DNA from: Candidatus Parcubacteria bacterium
GTDB taxonomy: Bacteria > Patescibacteriota > Minisyncoccia > Phycocordibacterales > CAIZLB01
Reading direction: 5' to 3'
Assembly: GCA_039795775.1 (NCBI GenBank)
Contig: JBDKLC010000004.1
Span: 21,982-85,981, forward strand
Length of the DNA: 64,000 nucleotides
Below, one piece after another: positions 28,048 through 38,236 of this stretch. Position numbers and translations under genes: made by a program. Numbering within the stretch: the first letter of the stretch is position 1; each line of letters opens with the position of its first letter. The notes under the pieces are model-generated. The model was not told the DNA's origin. It did no database searches and saw only the letters and a list, made by a program, of their open reading frames with translations.

Positions 28048-28857
28048 ATGAAGAAAAACAAGAAGCCGTTCATTATTGGAAACTGGAAAATGACACCAAG
28101 TTCTCTCGATCAAGCAAAGAAGCGATTCATCTCTATTAGAAAAGCCGCACTCAAGCATCGAAATATTGAAGTCGGTATCTGTCCACCATCTCCTTATGTA
28201 TTTCCTCTTGCACAGCTAGCAAAGAAAGGAAAAATTAAAATTGGTAGTCAGGACGTCTCTGTACATAGTGAAGGATCACACACAGGTGAAATAGGAGCTT
28301 CAATGTTCGAAACATCAGGAGCAGTCATGACACTCATCGGACATTCAGAACGAAGAGCTGCGGGTGACACAGACGCAATTGTTGCTACAAAGATTTCTCA
28401 GGCTTTAAAAACTGATATGACAATCGTATTATGTGTCGGCGAATCTGATCGAGATGATCATGGAGAGTATCTCAATGTAATTCGAAAGCAGCTCAAAGAA
28501 GCTATCAATCAACTTGGACGATCACAGTTTGCACAGCTCGTTATTGCGTATGAACCTGTGTGGGCAATTGGAAGAAAAGATAACGTAGCCATTACATCTC
28601 ACGATCTGCATCAAATGGTTATCTTTATCAAAAAGTTTTTGAAAGAATTGTGGGGAGAAACTATTTCTTCTATTGTTCCTGTTTTATATGGTGGTTCTGT
28701 AACAGCAGAAAATGCTCATGACATTTTGTGGAATGGAGAAGTAGATGGGTTGCTCATAGGTAGAGCAAGTTGGGAAGTAGAAAGTCTCAGTGCTATCTTT
28801 GATGCAATAGATGTTCCAAGAAAAACACTTCAAGTAAAAAAGAAAGCAAAACGATAA
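28048..28857 (+). CDS. tpiA: Triosephosphate isomerase
   Basis: 269 aa; IIGNWKM N-terminus and AYEPVWAIG active-site region. Confidence 0.85.
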   Translation: MKKNKKPFIIGNWKMTPSSLDQAKKRFISIRKAALKHRNIEVGICPPSPYVFPLAQLAKKGKIKIGSQDVSVHSEGSHTGEIGASMFETSGAVMTLIGHSERRAAGDTDAIVATKISQALKTDMTIVLCVGESDRDDHGEYLNVIRKQLKEAINQLGRSQFAQLVIAYEPVWAIGRKDNVAITSHDLHQMVIFIKKFLKELWGETISSIVPVLYGGSVTAENAHDILWNGEVDGLLIGRASWEVESLSAIFDAIDVPRKTLQVKKKAKR

Positions 28858-28875
28858 TTTAAATATAATTTACTT

Positions 28876-30000
28876 ATGACTATACAAGCACTTCAGGATG
28901 TCCAGGATATCAAAGGAAAACGAGTGATTGTTCGAGTAGATTTCAACGTTCCTCTCCAAGATGACAAAGTTGTAGATGATATGCGAATTCAAAAAAGTTT
29001 GCATACGATCAACTTTTTACGAGAAGGCGGAGCTCGAGTCATTCTCATTTCTCATATAGAAGGAAAGGGGGGAGTAAGTCTCGCACCTGTAGCGGCGTAT
29101 CTTAAAGCTCTTTTTCCTCTCACCTTTGTAAAAGATTTCCTCAATGAAAGTACGGCTCAGCTCGTAGCTTCTATGAAAGACGGTGATGTTGTTCTCTTCG
29201 AAAACCTTCGAGTAGATGAAGGTGAAAAAAATAATGACGACGCATTTGCACGACGACTTGCTGCGTATGCAGATATGTATGTAAATGATGCATTCTCAGT
29301 ATCACATCGAGCACACGCTTCTGTTGTTGCTCTTCCAAAGCTTCTTCCTCATTACGCGGGATTCGAACTTCTCGAAGAAATCGAGCATCTCAAGACAGTA
29401 TTTAATCCACCACGACCATTTGTATTTATTCTCGGTGGTGCAAAGTTTGAAACAAAGATTCCTCTTATAGAAAAGTTTCTCACACTCTCAGATTATATTT
29501 TCGTGGGTGGCGCACTCGCAAACAATTTCTTTAAAGAGAAGGGTCTCAATGTTGGTAAGTCACTTGTGTCTGATGGGTACTTTAATTTGAAAGAGCATTT
29601 TGGTGATCAGCGACTAGTATTACCACTCGATTTGATTGTGAAAAATAATGGCGTTGTATCTACAAAAAAGCCAGAAGAAATAAGTGGTGATGATGTGATT
29701 GTCGATGTTGGCCCGGCATCTGTTCTCAAAATAAAAGAACTTGTTGCTGACGCGAAGTTTGTTTTGTGGAATGGTCCAATGGGCAATTACGAAGAAGGAT
29801 TTAAAGATCAGACAATTGGTATTGCGAAAGTAATTGTTGAATCAGGTGTTCACGCCGCACTCGGAGGTGGTGATACGACCGCAGCCGTAGCCGCGCAAGG
29901 TCTCGAAAAAAATAAAAATATTTTCGTTTCTACCGGTGGTGGCGCAATGCTTCAGTATCTTCTCGATGAAACACTTCCTGGTATCGATGCCCTGAAATAA
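28876..30000 (+). CDS. pgk: Phosphoglycerate kinase
   Basis: 374 aa; RVDFNVPL N-terminal motif and C-terminal GGGA/GGGD nucleotide-binding motifs; hairpin terminator 30019-30053. Confidence 0.9.
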   Translation: MTIQALQDVQDIKGKRVIVRVDFNVPLQDDKVVDDMRIQKSLHTINFLREGGARVILISHIEGKGGVSLAPVAAYLKALFPLTFVKDFLNESTAQLVASMKDGDVVLFENLRVDEGEKNNDDAFARRLAAYADMYVNDAFSVSHRAHASVVALPKLLPHYAGFELLEEIEHLKTVFNPPRPFVFILGGAKFETKIPLIEKFLTLSDYIFVGGALANNFFKEKGLNVGKSLVSDGYFNLKEHFGDQRLVLPLDLIVKNNGVVSTKKPEEISGDDVIVDVGPASVLKIKELVADAKFVLWNGPMGNYEEGFKDQTIGIAKVIVESGVHAALGGGDTTAAVAAQGLEKNKNIFVSTGGGAMLQYLLDETLPGIDALK

Positions 30001-30050
30001 GCAAAAGTTAGGAAATAAAAAACTCCAGCAACAGGCTGGAGTTTTTTGTT

Positions 30051-30485
30051 TTATGAGAGTGAAATTTCTGTTTTGATCTTTTCGAGTACTTGTTCAGCTT
30101 CGCCTTGTACGTATGTCTTGTGTGGCATATCTTCAATTCCATCATCAGATATTCTCGGAATAAGGTGAATATGAGTGTGAGAGACTTGTTCTCCATTCAT
30201 CATTACCATCATTCCATCAGAATCAACCGCATTTCGTATATCGATGGCTAGCTTTCGGGCCGTAATGATAAGACGACACATTGTTTCGTCTGGGGTAGTA
30301 AGGATATTTTCGAAATGGTCTTTTGGAATAACAAGCGTGTGTCCAGGATTTATTGGTTTAATATCGAGAAAAGCAAAGGTATTGTCGTCCTCATATACCT
30401 TATGAGCTGGGATTTCCCCTGTAATAATTTTACAAAAAATACAATCGTTGTGTGTTTGGTGTAGGTCTTGAGTCATAAGGCACAT
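30051..30485 (-). CDS. HIT-family (histidine triad) hydrolase
   Basis: CIFCKI...HTHIHLIP histidine-triad motif; start at internal Met of ORF 30051-30542. Confidence 0.75.
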   Translation of the reverse strand: MCLMTQDLHQTHNDCIFCKIITGEIPAHKVYEDDNTFAFLDIKPINPGHTLVIPKDHFENILTTPDETMCRLIITARKLAIDIRNAVDSDGMMVMMNGEQVSHTHIHLIPRISDDGIEDMPHKTYVQGEAEQVLEKIKTEISLS

Positions 30486-30521
30486 TGTATGATAAAATCG
30501 GCGAATAGCAATTGCTACCTT

Positions 30522-32219
30522 ATGCCAAATTACGCATTTCAACCCTCAAATGGCACTACGTTGACCGAACAACTCTTGTTCAGTCGAGGCCATAAAACAA
30601 AAGAGGCGCAAGATGCATTTCTTAGTCCAGACTACGATAGGGGTATTCACGACCCATTTCTCCTCAAAGATATGGATGTAGCCGTAGAACGGATTGTTCG
30701 AGCAATCAAAAACAATGAAAGAATTGTTGTGTATGGTGATTTCGATGCAGATGGGGTACCCGCGTCAGTGCTTATGCATGATTTTTTTAAGAAAATTTCA
30801 TATACCAATTTTTCAAATTACATCCCACATCGACATCTTGAGGGGTTTGGACTCCACAAGGATGCCATTTCGAAAGTGAAGGAAGAGGGAGCCCAGCTTC
30901 TCATTACGCTCGATTGCGGCATTACTGATGTTGATGAAGTCGACTTTGCAAACAGCCTCGGCATTGACGTCATTATCACGGATCACCATTTGCCAGGGCC
31001 TGAGTTGCCACAGGCGGTGGCTGTTGTAGATCCAAAACGTGCTGACTGCTCGTATCCATTCGATATGCTCTGTGGAGCCGGTGTTGCATTCAAACTTGTT
31101 CAAGGACTTCTTGCATATGATCGATCTCATGAAAACGTCTGGAATGTAAAAGAAGGATGGGAAAAGTGGCTTCTCGATATGGTGGGCATTGCCACACTTT
31201 CTGACATGGTGCCGCTTCATGGCGAAAACAGAGTGCTCGCATATTTTGGTTTGAAAGTTCTTCGAAAGTCACCTCGACTTGGTTTGGTGAAATTACTTAA
31301 ATCACTCGATATCAAACAACAACATCTTGTTGAAGATGACATCGGATTTTTGATCACGCCTCGTATCAATGCTGCATCTCGAATGGCAAACCCAATGGAT
31401 GCTTTCAATATGCTTACAGCTGCTACTGATGAAGAAGCAGAACGAACTGTTACATTTTTGAATACATTAAATGTTGAAAGAAAAAGTGCTGTTGCTGTAA
31501 TGATGAAAGAAATTAAAAAGAAAGTTGAAGGAAGAGATCTTACATCAAAATCTGTTTTTGTTTTAGGAAATCCAAATTGGAAACCGTCGCTTCTTGGACT
31601 TGTTGCAACATCACTTGTTCGTGAATATGACCGACCTGTTTTTTTGTGGGGGAGATCAGAAGACGGAACGCTCAAGGGTTCAACACGATCAGATGGTCGA
31701 GTCGACATTGTTCAACTTATGCGTGCGGTACCACGAGAAATATTTATAGACTTTGGTGGTCACGTAATGTCAGGTGGATTTTCTTTGACCGACGATCATG
31801 TTCATCGATTTGAAGATGAACTTTGTACAGCACATGATTCACTTTCGAAACAAGAAATAAATTCTTCAGTACTTATTGATGCGCGTATCACATCAAATGA
31901 TGTGACATGGGACTTATTTTCAACGATTGAAAAACTTGCACCATTTGGAGAAGCAAATCCGAAACCACTTTTTATGGTGGAGAATGTTGTGCTTACTAAT
32001 GCAAAAACGTTTGGTAAAACAGGTGATCACTTTGAGGTTACATTTACAGGTGCGAAGGCAAAGAAACTTTCAGCTATTAAGTTTTTTATTGAAGATAACG
32101 AAATATACAAGAATTTAAAACCGGGTGATAAAGTTCATCTTGTTGCAAATTTAGAGAAGTCTATGTTCAGAAATTTTCCTGAGCTTCGACTGCGAATTGT
32201 TGATATACTACCAGCATAA
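30522..32219 (+). CDS. recJ: Single-stranded-DNA-specific exonuclease RecJ (start uncertain: alternative TTG at 30561)
   Basis: DHH (VVYGDFDADGV, ITDHH) and DHHA1 (GGH) motifs; the long ORF from 30468 would overlap the divergent HIT gene. Confidence 0.8.
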   Translation: MPNYAFQPSNGTTLTEQLLFSRGHKTKEAQDAFLSPDYDRGIHDPFLLKDMDVAVERIVRAIKNNERIVVYGDFDADGVPASVLMHDFFKKISYTNFSNYIPHRHLEGFGLHKDAISKVKEEGAQLLITLDCGITDVDEVDFANSLGIDVIITDHHLPGPELPQAVAVVDPKRADCSYPFDMLCGAGVAFKLVQGLLAYDRSHENVWNVKEGWEKWLLDMVGIATLSDMVPLHGENRVLAYFGLKVLRKSPRLGLVKLLKSLDIKQQHLVEDDIGFLITPRINAASRMANPMDAFNMLTAATDEEAERTVTFLNTLNVERKSAVAVMMKEIKKKVEGRDLTSKSVFVLGNPNWKPSLLGLVATSLVREYDRPVFLWGRSEDGTLKGSTRSDGRVDIVQLMRAVPREIFIDFGGHVMSGGFSLTDDHVHRFEDELCTAHDSLSKQEINSSVLIDARITSNDVTWDLFSTIEKLAPFGEANPKPLFMVENVVLTNAKTFGKTGDHFEVTFTGAKAKKLSAIKFFIEDNEIYKNLKPGDKVHLVANLEKSMFRNFPELRLRIVDILPA

Positions 32220-32242
32220 AGACAAGCATAAGAAAAGCTACA

Positions 32243-32977
32243 ATGAATATGAAAGAAGTTACAATTTTTACTGATGGAGCATCACGAGGTAATCCAGGTC
32301 CGGGAGGTTGGGCTGCGGTGACTGTGTTTCCTGATGCTCATGGAGTTATGCATGTCGATGAACTTGGCGGACGTGAAGCTCTCACTACAAACAACAGAAT
32401 GGAGATGATGGCTGCGCTCAAATCTCTCCAACACTTTGATGGATTTTATGAAAATTTTAAAGAAGTAACATTTACTATTTTTACGGATTCTTCATACCTT
32501 TTAAACGGTGCTACAAAATGGGTATTTGGATGGGTAAAAAATAATTGGAAAACAGGAAAAGAAGAGGTGAAAAATAGAGACATTTGGGAAGGGATTTTAA
32601 AAGCAATGGAAGGCAAACACATCACATGGAAATTGCTCAAGGGACACTCTGGTGTGCCTGGAAATGAACGATGTGATGTTATTTCAACTGAGTTTGCTGA
32701 TGAAAAAGATGTGGAATTGTACAAAGGTACTCTCAGTGCATATGGCATAAAATATGTGATGAATACCAGCGTGTTACCTGTTTCACAGACTAAAAAGAAG
32801 TCATCTTCTTCAGAAAAAGCTTATTCTTACGTGAGTTTGGTAGATGGTAACATTGAAACTCACACAAACTGGGGAGACTGCGAAAAGAGAGTAAAGGGGG
32901 CTAGCAAGGCTCGATTTAAGAAATCTTTCTCAAAAGAAGATGAAGCTGCGATTATTGCAGACTTTCTTCAGAAATAA
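32243..32977 (+). CDS. rnhA: Ribonuclease HI with C-terminal RNA/DNA hybrid-binding (Cauli_VI-type) domain
   Basis: N-terminal FTDGASRGNPGPGGWAAV RNase H fold; C-terminal KAYSYVSLVDGNIETHTNWGDCEKRVKGASKARFKKSFSKEDEAAIIADFL resembles the eukaryotic RNase H1 HBD (ARFKKF...EDEA). Confidence 0.8.
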   Translation: MNMKEVTIFTDGASRGNPGPGGWAAVTVFPDAHGVMHVDELGGREALTTNNRMEMMAALKSLQHFDGFYENFKEVTFTIFTDSSYLLNGATKWVFGWVKNNWKTGKEEVKNRDIWEGILKAMEGKHITWKLLKGHSGVPGNERCDVISTEFADEKDVELYKGTLSAYGIKYVMNTSVLPVSQTKKKSSSSEKAYSYVSLVDGNIETHTNWGDCEKRVKGASKARFKKSFSKEDEAAIIADFLQK

Positions 32978-33032
32978 TTCAGCCAGACTGTAAATATTTT
33001 TTACAAAAATTTAATACGTATAGACATAAGAT

Positions 33033-34439
33033 ATGAGCATGAAAAGTGCTCATATTTTTTTATTAATTTCTATTGTTTCAATTGTGGCACTCCGGTGGCA
33101 CTTTTTGCCCACAGACAGTCCACAAATCGCACAATTTTTGCTGTCATTACCGAGCAGTACAAGTAGTGTGCAAATGATAGGAAATATTATTGATGAACCA
33201 GAAAAAAAGAAGACCCACATAAACGTGTTGATAGAGGTTGAACAATATGGATTAGCGAGTAGCACGGACATGGACAACACCGTTCAAGTTCAATATAAAA
33301 AGAACGTCCTTGTCCTTGCCTCGATCCCACAATTTAGTTCAGTCAATTATGGTGACAAAATTAAAGTTGTCGGAAAAATAAAAAAGCCTGAAGTTATCAT
33401 TTCTGAAGATGGGTCTGAATTTAACTATCCGGCATATCTTGCAAAGAGCAACATTTTTTATGTGATGGATGCCAAGAGTTCTGAGATCATCTCAACTGGA
33501 GGAGGTAATCCAATTAAGTCAGATCTTTTGTTGTTCAAGAAACAGCTTTTGCAAAACATAAATAACGTACTACCAACACCTCACTCTTTTTTAGCAGGTG
33601 GTTTGATTATTGCAGGAAAGGGATCGCTTGATGATGAACTTCAGGAAGAATTTAAAAGGGCAGGACTTGTACATATTGTTGTGCTATCGGGTTTCAATAT
33701 TACGATTGTTGGGCAATTCATTATTTCTATATTCTCTTTTTTGCCACTGATGCTTAAAAGTATATTTGGAAGTTTGGGAATTATTGCGTTTTCAGTTATG
33801 GCAGGTAGTAGCGCAACTGTTGTCCGGTCGGTGGTCATGTCTATTATTGGATTGTATGCACGGGTATCCGAAAAAAGTTATGACGCTCTCCGTGGTCTGT
33901 TGGTTGCTGGTGTTGGTATGGTTGTTCACAATCCAAGAATTCTTTTGTATGATCCGTCGTTTCAACTTAGTTTTATGGCAACGCTCGGACTTATTCTTTT
34001 GGGTTCGACTGTTCAGAAATTTTTTATGTGGGTTCCTGAAACATTAGGGATGAGAGAAATTGTTACATCAACTTTTGCTACTCAGATATTTGTGACACCT
34101 CTTATCTTACATTTGTCAGGAATGATCTCTCTTGTTTCACTTTTTGTGAATATCTTAGTGCTTCCTGTTATTCCCTTGACCATGTTGTTCGCGTGTCTTT
34201 GCGGTGTGGTCAGTTTCATACATCCAAGTTTTTCAATACCATTCTCATTTGTTTCATACATTCTTCTTACATACGAGCTTTCACTAGTGCACATTTTTTC
34301 ATCACTTTCGTTCGCCGCAATTTCTCTTCCTAAAATTTCTACAGGCGCAACCTTAGCGGTATATTCAATATATGGAGTTATTTTTATTTGCATACAATTC
34401 GTACAAAAAATTTATAAAACAAAAAGCCCGCCAACATAG
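33033..34439 (+). CDS. comEC: ComEC/Rec2 DNA-uptake channel protein, N-terminal plus competence domain only (no MBL domain)
   Basis: 468 aa polytopic membrane protein; GLVHIVVLSGFNITIV competence-domain motif. Confidence 0.7.
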   Translation: MSMKSAHIFLLISIVSIVALRWHFLPTDSPQIAQFLLSLPSSTSSVQMIGNIIDEPEKKKTHINVLIEVEQYGLASSTDMDNTVQVQYKKNVLVLASIPQFSSVNYGDKIKVVGKIKKPEVIISEDGSEFNYPAYLAKSNIFYVMDAKSSEIISTGGGNPIKSDLLLFKKQLLQNINNVLPTPHSFLAGGLIIAGKGSLDDELQEEFKRAGLVHIVVLSGFNITIVGQFIISIFSFLPLMLKSIFGSLGIIAFSVMAGSSATVVRSVVMSIIGLYARVSEKSYDALRGLLVAGVGMVVHNPRILLYDPSFQLSFMATLGLILLGSTVQKFFMWVPETLGMREIVTSTFATQIFVTPLILHLSGMISLVSLFVNILVLPVIPLTMLFACLCGVVSFIHPSFSIPFSFVSYILLTYELSLVHIFSSLSFAAISLPKISTGATLAVYSIYGVIFICIQFVQKIYKTKSPPT

Positions 34440-34546
34440 CGGACCTTTGTGAAACTCTTTTTTCGCCTTAGTTCATGTCTCTCTGATTGATGGTATTCAT
34501 CACGCTGTGCAACCAGTGAAAGATGTGTCACACATCATCTTCAAAA

Positions 34547-35140
34547 CTATGAAACGTATGAATTGAACCGTTCCTCAACCTTGAGGGAGTTGATGTTCTT
34601 AAAGAATGCCTCAACATAGTTCTTCTTTTCTCCTGGAACATAGTCGAGCATGTATGAGTGCTCCCACATATCGAGAGCGAGCACTACCTTGAGGCCAGTG
34701 AGGTGACCAAGATGCTGTTCATCTACCCATGCATTCATAAGTCGCTTTGTCTCTGGGTCGTAGTAGAGAATCGCCCATCCAATACCTCGAGTCATCGCTA
34801 CGGCTTTAAATCGAGCAAGCCAAGCATCAAATGAACCCCATTCTTCAGCAATCTTCTTTGAGAGAGCACTATCGGCTGAAAACTCTGATGCGCCGCCTTC
34901 AAACTGTTCGAAATAATATTCGTGGTTTCGCATACCATCGAATTCAAATCCAAACCGTCGCTGAAGTTCGCCCATAGCATAGGCATTCTTTTCGGCGTCA
35001 GCAGACATCTCTTTGATCTTGTCGATGATCAAATTTGAGTGTTTAACATAGCCAGCATACAACTTAAGGTGCTCATCAATAGATTTCTTTGAAATACCAT
35101 TGAGTTCGCCAATTGAGAATGTTCGTTCTGTAAATGACAT
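34547..35140 (-). CDS. sodA: Fe/Mn superoxide dismutase
   Basis: 197 aa; HxxxH N-terminal and DMWEHSY C-terminal metal-ligand motifs. Confidence 0.85.
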   Translation of the reverse strand: MSFTERTFSIGELNGISKKSIDEHLKLYAGYVKHSNLIIDKIKEMSADAEKNAYAMGELQRRFGFEFDGMRNHEYYFEQFEGGASEFSADSALSKKIAEEWGSFDAWLARFKAVAMTRGIGWAILYYDPETKRLMNAWVDEQHLGHLTGLKVVLALDMWEHSYMLDYVPGEKKNYVEAFFKNINSLKVEERFNSYVS

Positions 35141-35158
35141 AAAACTAAATTAAAGATA

Positions 35159-36064
35159 ATGAGTAATCTAACGAAGCTAGTATATCACGGGCATTTTCTG
35201 GCAATACTTGTGCTCGTCCCACTTGTATTGAATATTTTTGTGACGTATGTTCTTTTTCAGGAAAAGGCTTTAAATACTGACTTTTTACAAGTTACATACC
35301 TTGATATCGGCCAAGGTGATTCAATATTTATTCAAGCCCCACATGGCCAGACCATGTTGATAGATGCGGGGCTTCCAACGAGCAATGCACTCGCTGGTAT
35401 AGGTAAACTGGTGCCATTCTACGAAAAATCAATCGATGTTGTAATGGCTAGTCATCCGGATGCAGATCATATAGGAGGTTTGCCGAATGTTATAAAAAAC
35501 TATAAACCCGGTGTATTTATTGAGTCTGGTGTAAGTGCTCGGACAGAAATTGATACTGCTCTTCATGACGAATTGAGAAAGCAAAACATACATACATTAT
35601 TTGCACGAAGAGGAATGAAAATACTACTGGACGAAACAAATAATGTTGTTATAGATATTCTATTCCCAGACCGTGATGTATCAACTTGGACAAAGAATAC
35701 GAATGACGCATCAATTGTTGCGCGTCTAAAATATGGAAATGAGACATTCTTGTTTAATGGTGATTCACCTATAAAAATAGAAGAACACCTAATTCAAACT
35801 CTTAGAAAAGAGGCTTTAAATATAGATGTTTTAAAGGTGGGACACCACGGTTCACGTACATCTACGAGTGATATATTCGTAAAATATATTCAACCTCGGA
35901 TTGCAATTATTTCAGCTGGTAAAGAAAATAGATACAAGCATCCACATAACGAGGTCATTGAAGTTCTAAAAAAGAATAATGTGGAGATTTTACGGACAGA
36001 TCAACAGGGAACTATTACGTATGAAACCGATGGAAAACAACACCGTACTCGCAACAAAAAGTAA
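35159..36064 (+). CDS. Membrane-anchored MBL-fold hydrolase corresponding to the ComEC C-terminal nuclease domain
   Basis: 301 aa; TYLDIGQGDSIFIQ...HPDADHIGG...LKVGHHGS motifs of the ComEC/Rec2-type metallo-beta-lactamase domain; N-terminal TM helix. Confidence 0.7.
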   Translation: MSNLTKLVYHGHFLAILVLVPLVLNIFVTYVLFQEKALNTDFLQVTYLDIGQGDSIFIQAPHGQTMLIDAGLPTSNALAGIGKLVPFYEKSIDVVMASHPDADHIGGLPNVIKNYKPGVFIESGVSARTEIDTALHDELRKQNIHTLFARRGMKILLDETNNVVIDILFPDRDVSTWTKNTNDASIVARLKYGNETFLFNGDSPIKIEEHLIQTLRKEALNIDVLKVGHHGSRTSTSDIFVKYIQPRIAIISAGKENRYKHPHNEVIEVLKKNNVEILRTDQQGTITYETDGKQHRTRNKK

Positions 36065-36084
36065 TGTACAACAGCGCAAAAAGA

Positions 36085-36113
36085 AAAAGCTCAACCGAAG
36101 TTGAGCTTTTTCT
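36085..36113. terminator. Bidirectional hairpin terminator between MBL gene and rpmB
   Basis: AAAAAGCTCAAC-cgaa-GTTGAGCTTTTT. Confidence 0.6.
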
Positions 36114-36132
36114 TTTGATTTATATATAAAGA

Positions 36133-36375
36133 CTAGATAAGGCCTGCTTTCTTCAATGTAGCAAAGGCACCATTTTTCTGAATAGTTTTGATAGCCTTTG
36201 TTGAAATTGTAAGAGTAAGACTCTTTTTGAGTTCAGGAATATAAATTCGCTTCTTCTGAAGATTTGGGTACTTTCGAGACTTTCCTACAGGGTTATACTG
36301 TGTAGCTCGAGTTTTGTTTGAGTATCCGCCTCCGTTTTGAGAAGACTTATTTGTAATTGGACAAGCTTTTGCCAT
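36133..36375 (-). CDS. rpmB: 50S ribosomal protein L28
   Basis: 80 aa; MAKACPITNKSSQNGGGYS... Confidence 0.85.
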   Translation of the reverse strand: MAKACPITNKSSQNGGGYSNKTRATQYNPVGKSRKYPNLQKKRIYIPELKKSLTLTISTKAIKTIQKNGAFATLKKAGLI

Positions 36376-36449
36376 ATGGACCTAGATACTAACATAGCTT
36401 ATAGCATCTCGCAACTCGGTCACTTTAAATTGTGATATATTAGTGACAT

Positions 36450-37058
36450 ATGGAACTCACCGCACTATTTTCACTAGCAATTCTCGTTATATCTATTGTT
36501 ATTCATGAAGTGGCTCACGGTATAGCTGCCTTGTCTCAGGGAGACTCAACAGCTAAATATGCCGGAAGACTTACTCTCAACCCGATTTCACATATAGATC
36601 CAGTAGGTTCTATCGTTGTACCGCTTATCTTCGCCCTTTTACCAGGTAGCCTTATGTTTGGATGGGCAAAACCAGTACCTATCAATCCTTACAATTTTCG
36701 TAATAAACGTTGGGGTGAAGCCATTGTTGCCTTTGCCGGGCCTTTTTCAAACATCTGTATAGCAGTGCTCGCTGGGCTGGCTCTTCGGTTCTTTGGGGCA
36801 GCAATCCCTGATGCTACGGCTCAAATCCTCATTATTACAGCACTTACTAACCTAGTATTGGCAATTTTCAACCTTGTACCAGTTCCACCGTTAGACGGTT
36901 CTAAGATACTTTTCTCTTTTCTTCCACAAAGTATGGCTCACCTTAGGGCTAATCTAGAAAAATATGGCTTTTTTGTCACACTTTTCTTTATTTTCTTCCT
37001 TTGGGAGTACTTTACACCTGTTATTTTCTATATTTTCTACGGTTTGACTGGACTATAG
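36450..37058 (+). CDS. Site-2 protease family (M50-like) zinc metalloprotease, short form
   Basis: 202 aa polytopic; HEVAHG (HExxH) in first TM, downstream NLVPVPPLDGSKI motif. Confidence 0.6.
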   Translation: MELTALFSLAILVISIVIHEVAHGIAALSQGDSTAKYAGRLTLNPISHIDPVGSIVVPLIFALLPGSLMFGWAKPVPINPYNFRNKRWGEAIVAFAGPFSNICIAVLAGLALRFFGAAIPDATAQILIITALTNLVLAIFNLVPVPPLDGSKILFSFLPQSMAHLRANLEKYGFFVTLFFIFFLWEYFTPVIFYIFYGLTGL

Positions 37059-37125
37059 AACATAATTTGCATTTCTCTTGTTTCTGTAGTAATCTAGCCA
37101 CACATGCTTTTTTAAGCATTTAAAT

Positions 37126-37542
37126 ATGCCTACACTTAATCAATTAGTTAAACGAAAGCGATCAAAAACACCCCGAAAAAGTAAGGCGGTGGCTTTAACT
37201 CGTGGTTTCAACACAATTCATAACCGGCCAGTATTTTACAATGCTCCGTTCAAAAAGGGTGTATGTACAAAAGTAACAACAAAGACTCCAAAGAAGCCTA
37301 ACTCAGCTATTCGAAAGATTGCTCGAGTTCGACTCTCAAACGGAATGGAAGTTACTGCCTACATCCCAGGTGAAGGTCACAACCTTCAGGAACACTCAGT
37401 AGTAATGCTACGAGGAGGACGAGTAAAAGACGTAGGTCTCCGATACACTATCGTACGAGGTGTACTCGATACACAGGGTGTTGAAAAGCGACGAAAGCAG
37501 CGATCTGCATACGGTACAAAGCGACCTAAGGCTAAAAACTAG
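37126..37542 (+). CDS. rpsL: 30S ribosomal protein S12
   Basis: 138 aa; [12 protein letters not shown]...PKKPNSA. Confidence 0.95.
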   Translation: MPTLNQLVKRKRSKTPRKSKAVALTRGFNTIHNRPVFYNAPFKKGVCTKVTTKTPKKPNSAIRKIARVRLSNGMEVTAYIPGEGHNLQEHSVVMLRGGRVKDVGLRYTIVRGVLDTQGVEKRRKQRSAYGTKRPKAKN

Positions 37543-37642
37543 CCTCAAACAGCTATCCAGGAGAGAGTAAGCACATGCAATGACGCATTCATGCTGAACA
37601 GAATCTCTACAATTATTAATTTCAGAATTAGAATCTAAACCA

Positions 37643-38113
37643 ATGCGAAGAAAAGTAAAAAATCGAAATATCGTAACTGCTGAAGCAACATTTGACTCAG
37701 TAGCTGTAGCAAAATTTATCAACTACTGTATGTGGGATGGCAAGAAAGTAGCAGCACAAAATGCTGTGTACGGCGCCCTCGAAGCTATCAAAGAAATGGC
37801 TAAGACTGAGAACCCTATCGAAATTTTCGATACAGCTCTCAAGAATACAGCCCCTTCAGTAGAAGTTCGATCACGACGAGTCGGTGGTGCAAACTACCAG
37901 GTACCTCGAGAAGTTCGACCAGAACGACGACAGTACCTCTCAATGAAATGGATTATCGACGCAGCTCGATCAAAGAAAGGTAAGCCAATTCACATGAAGC
38001 TCGCTGAAGAAATCATTGCAGCATCAAAGAACGAAGGTGAAGCCATCAAGAAGAAAGAAAACACTCACAAGATGGCGGAAGCAAACAAAGCGTTTGCACA
38101 CCTCACTTGGTAA
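37643..38113 (+). CDS. rpsG: 30S ribosomal protein S7
   Basis: 156 aa; hairpin terminator CACCC-agca-GGGTG+T6 at 38127-38148. Confidence 0.95.
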   Translation: MRRKVKNRNIVTAEATFDSVAVAKFINYCMWDGKKVAAQNAVYGALEAIKEMAKTENPIEIFDTALKNTAPSVEVRSRRVGGANYQVPREVRPERRQYLSMKWIIDAARSKKGKPIHMKLAEEIIAASKNEGEAIKKKENTHKMAEANKAFAHLTW

Positions 38114-38236
38114 TATCAAACAAAAAAGCACCCAGCAGGGTGTTTTTTGTTTATATAGATTTTTCGCAAAGTGAGTCTTTTCCTCAGTTTTAATTGTTTA
38201 TCTAAAATAAAGGGTGTTACAATAGTGGTAAATACT

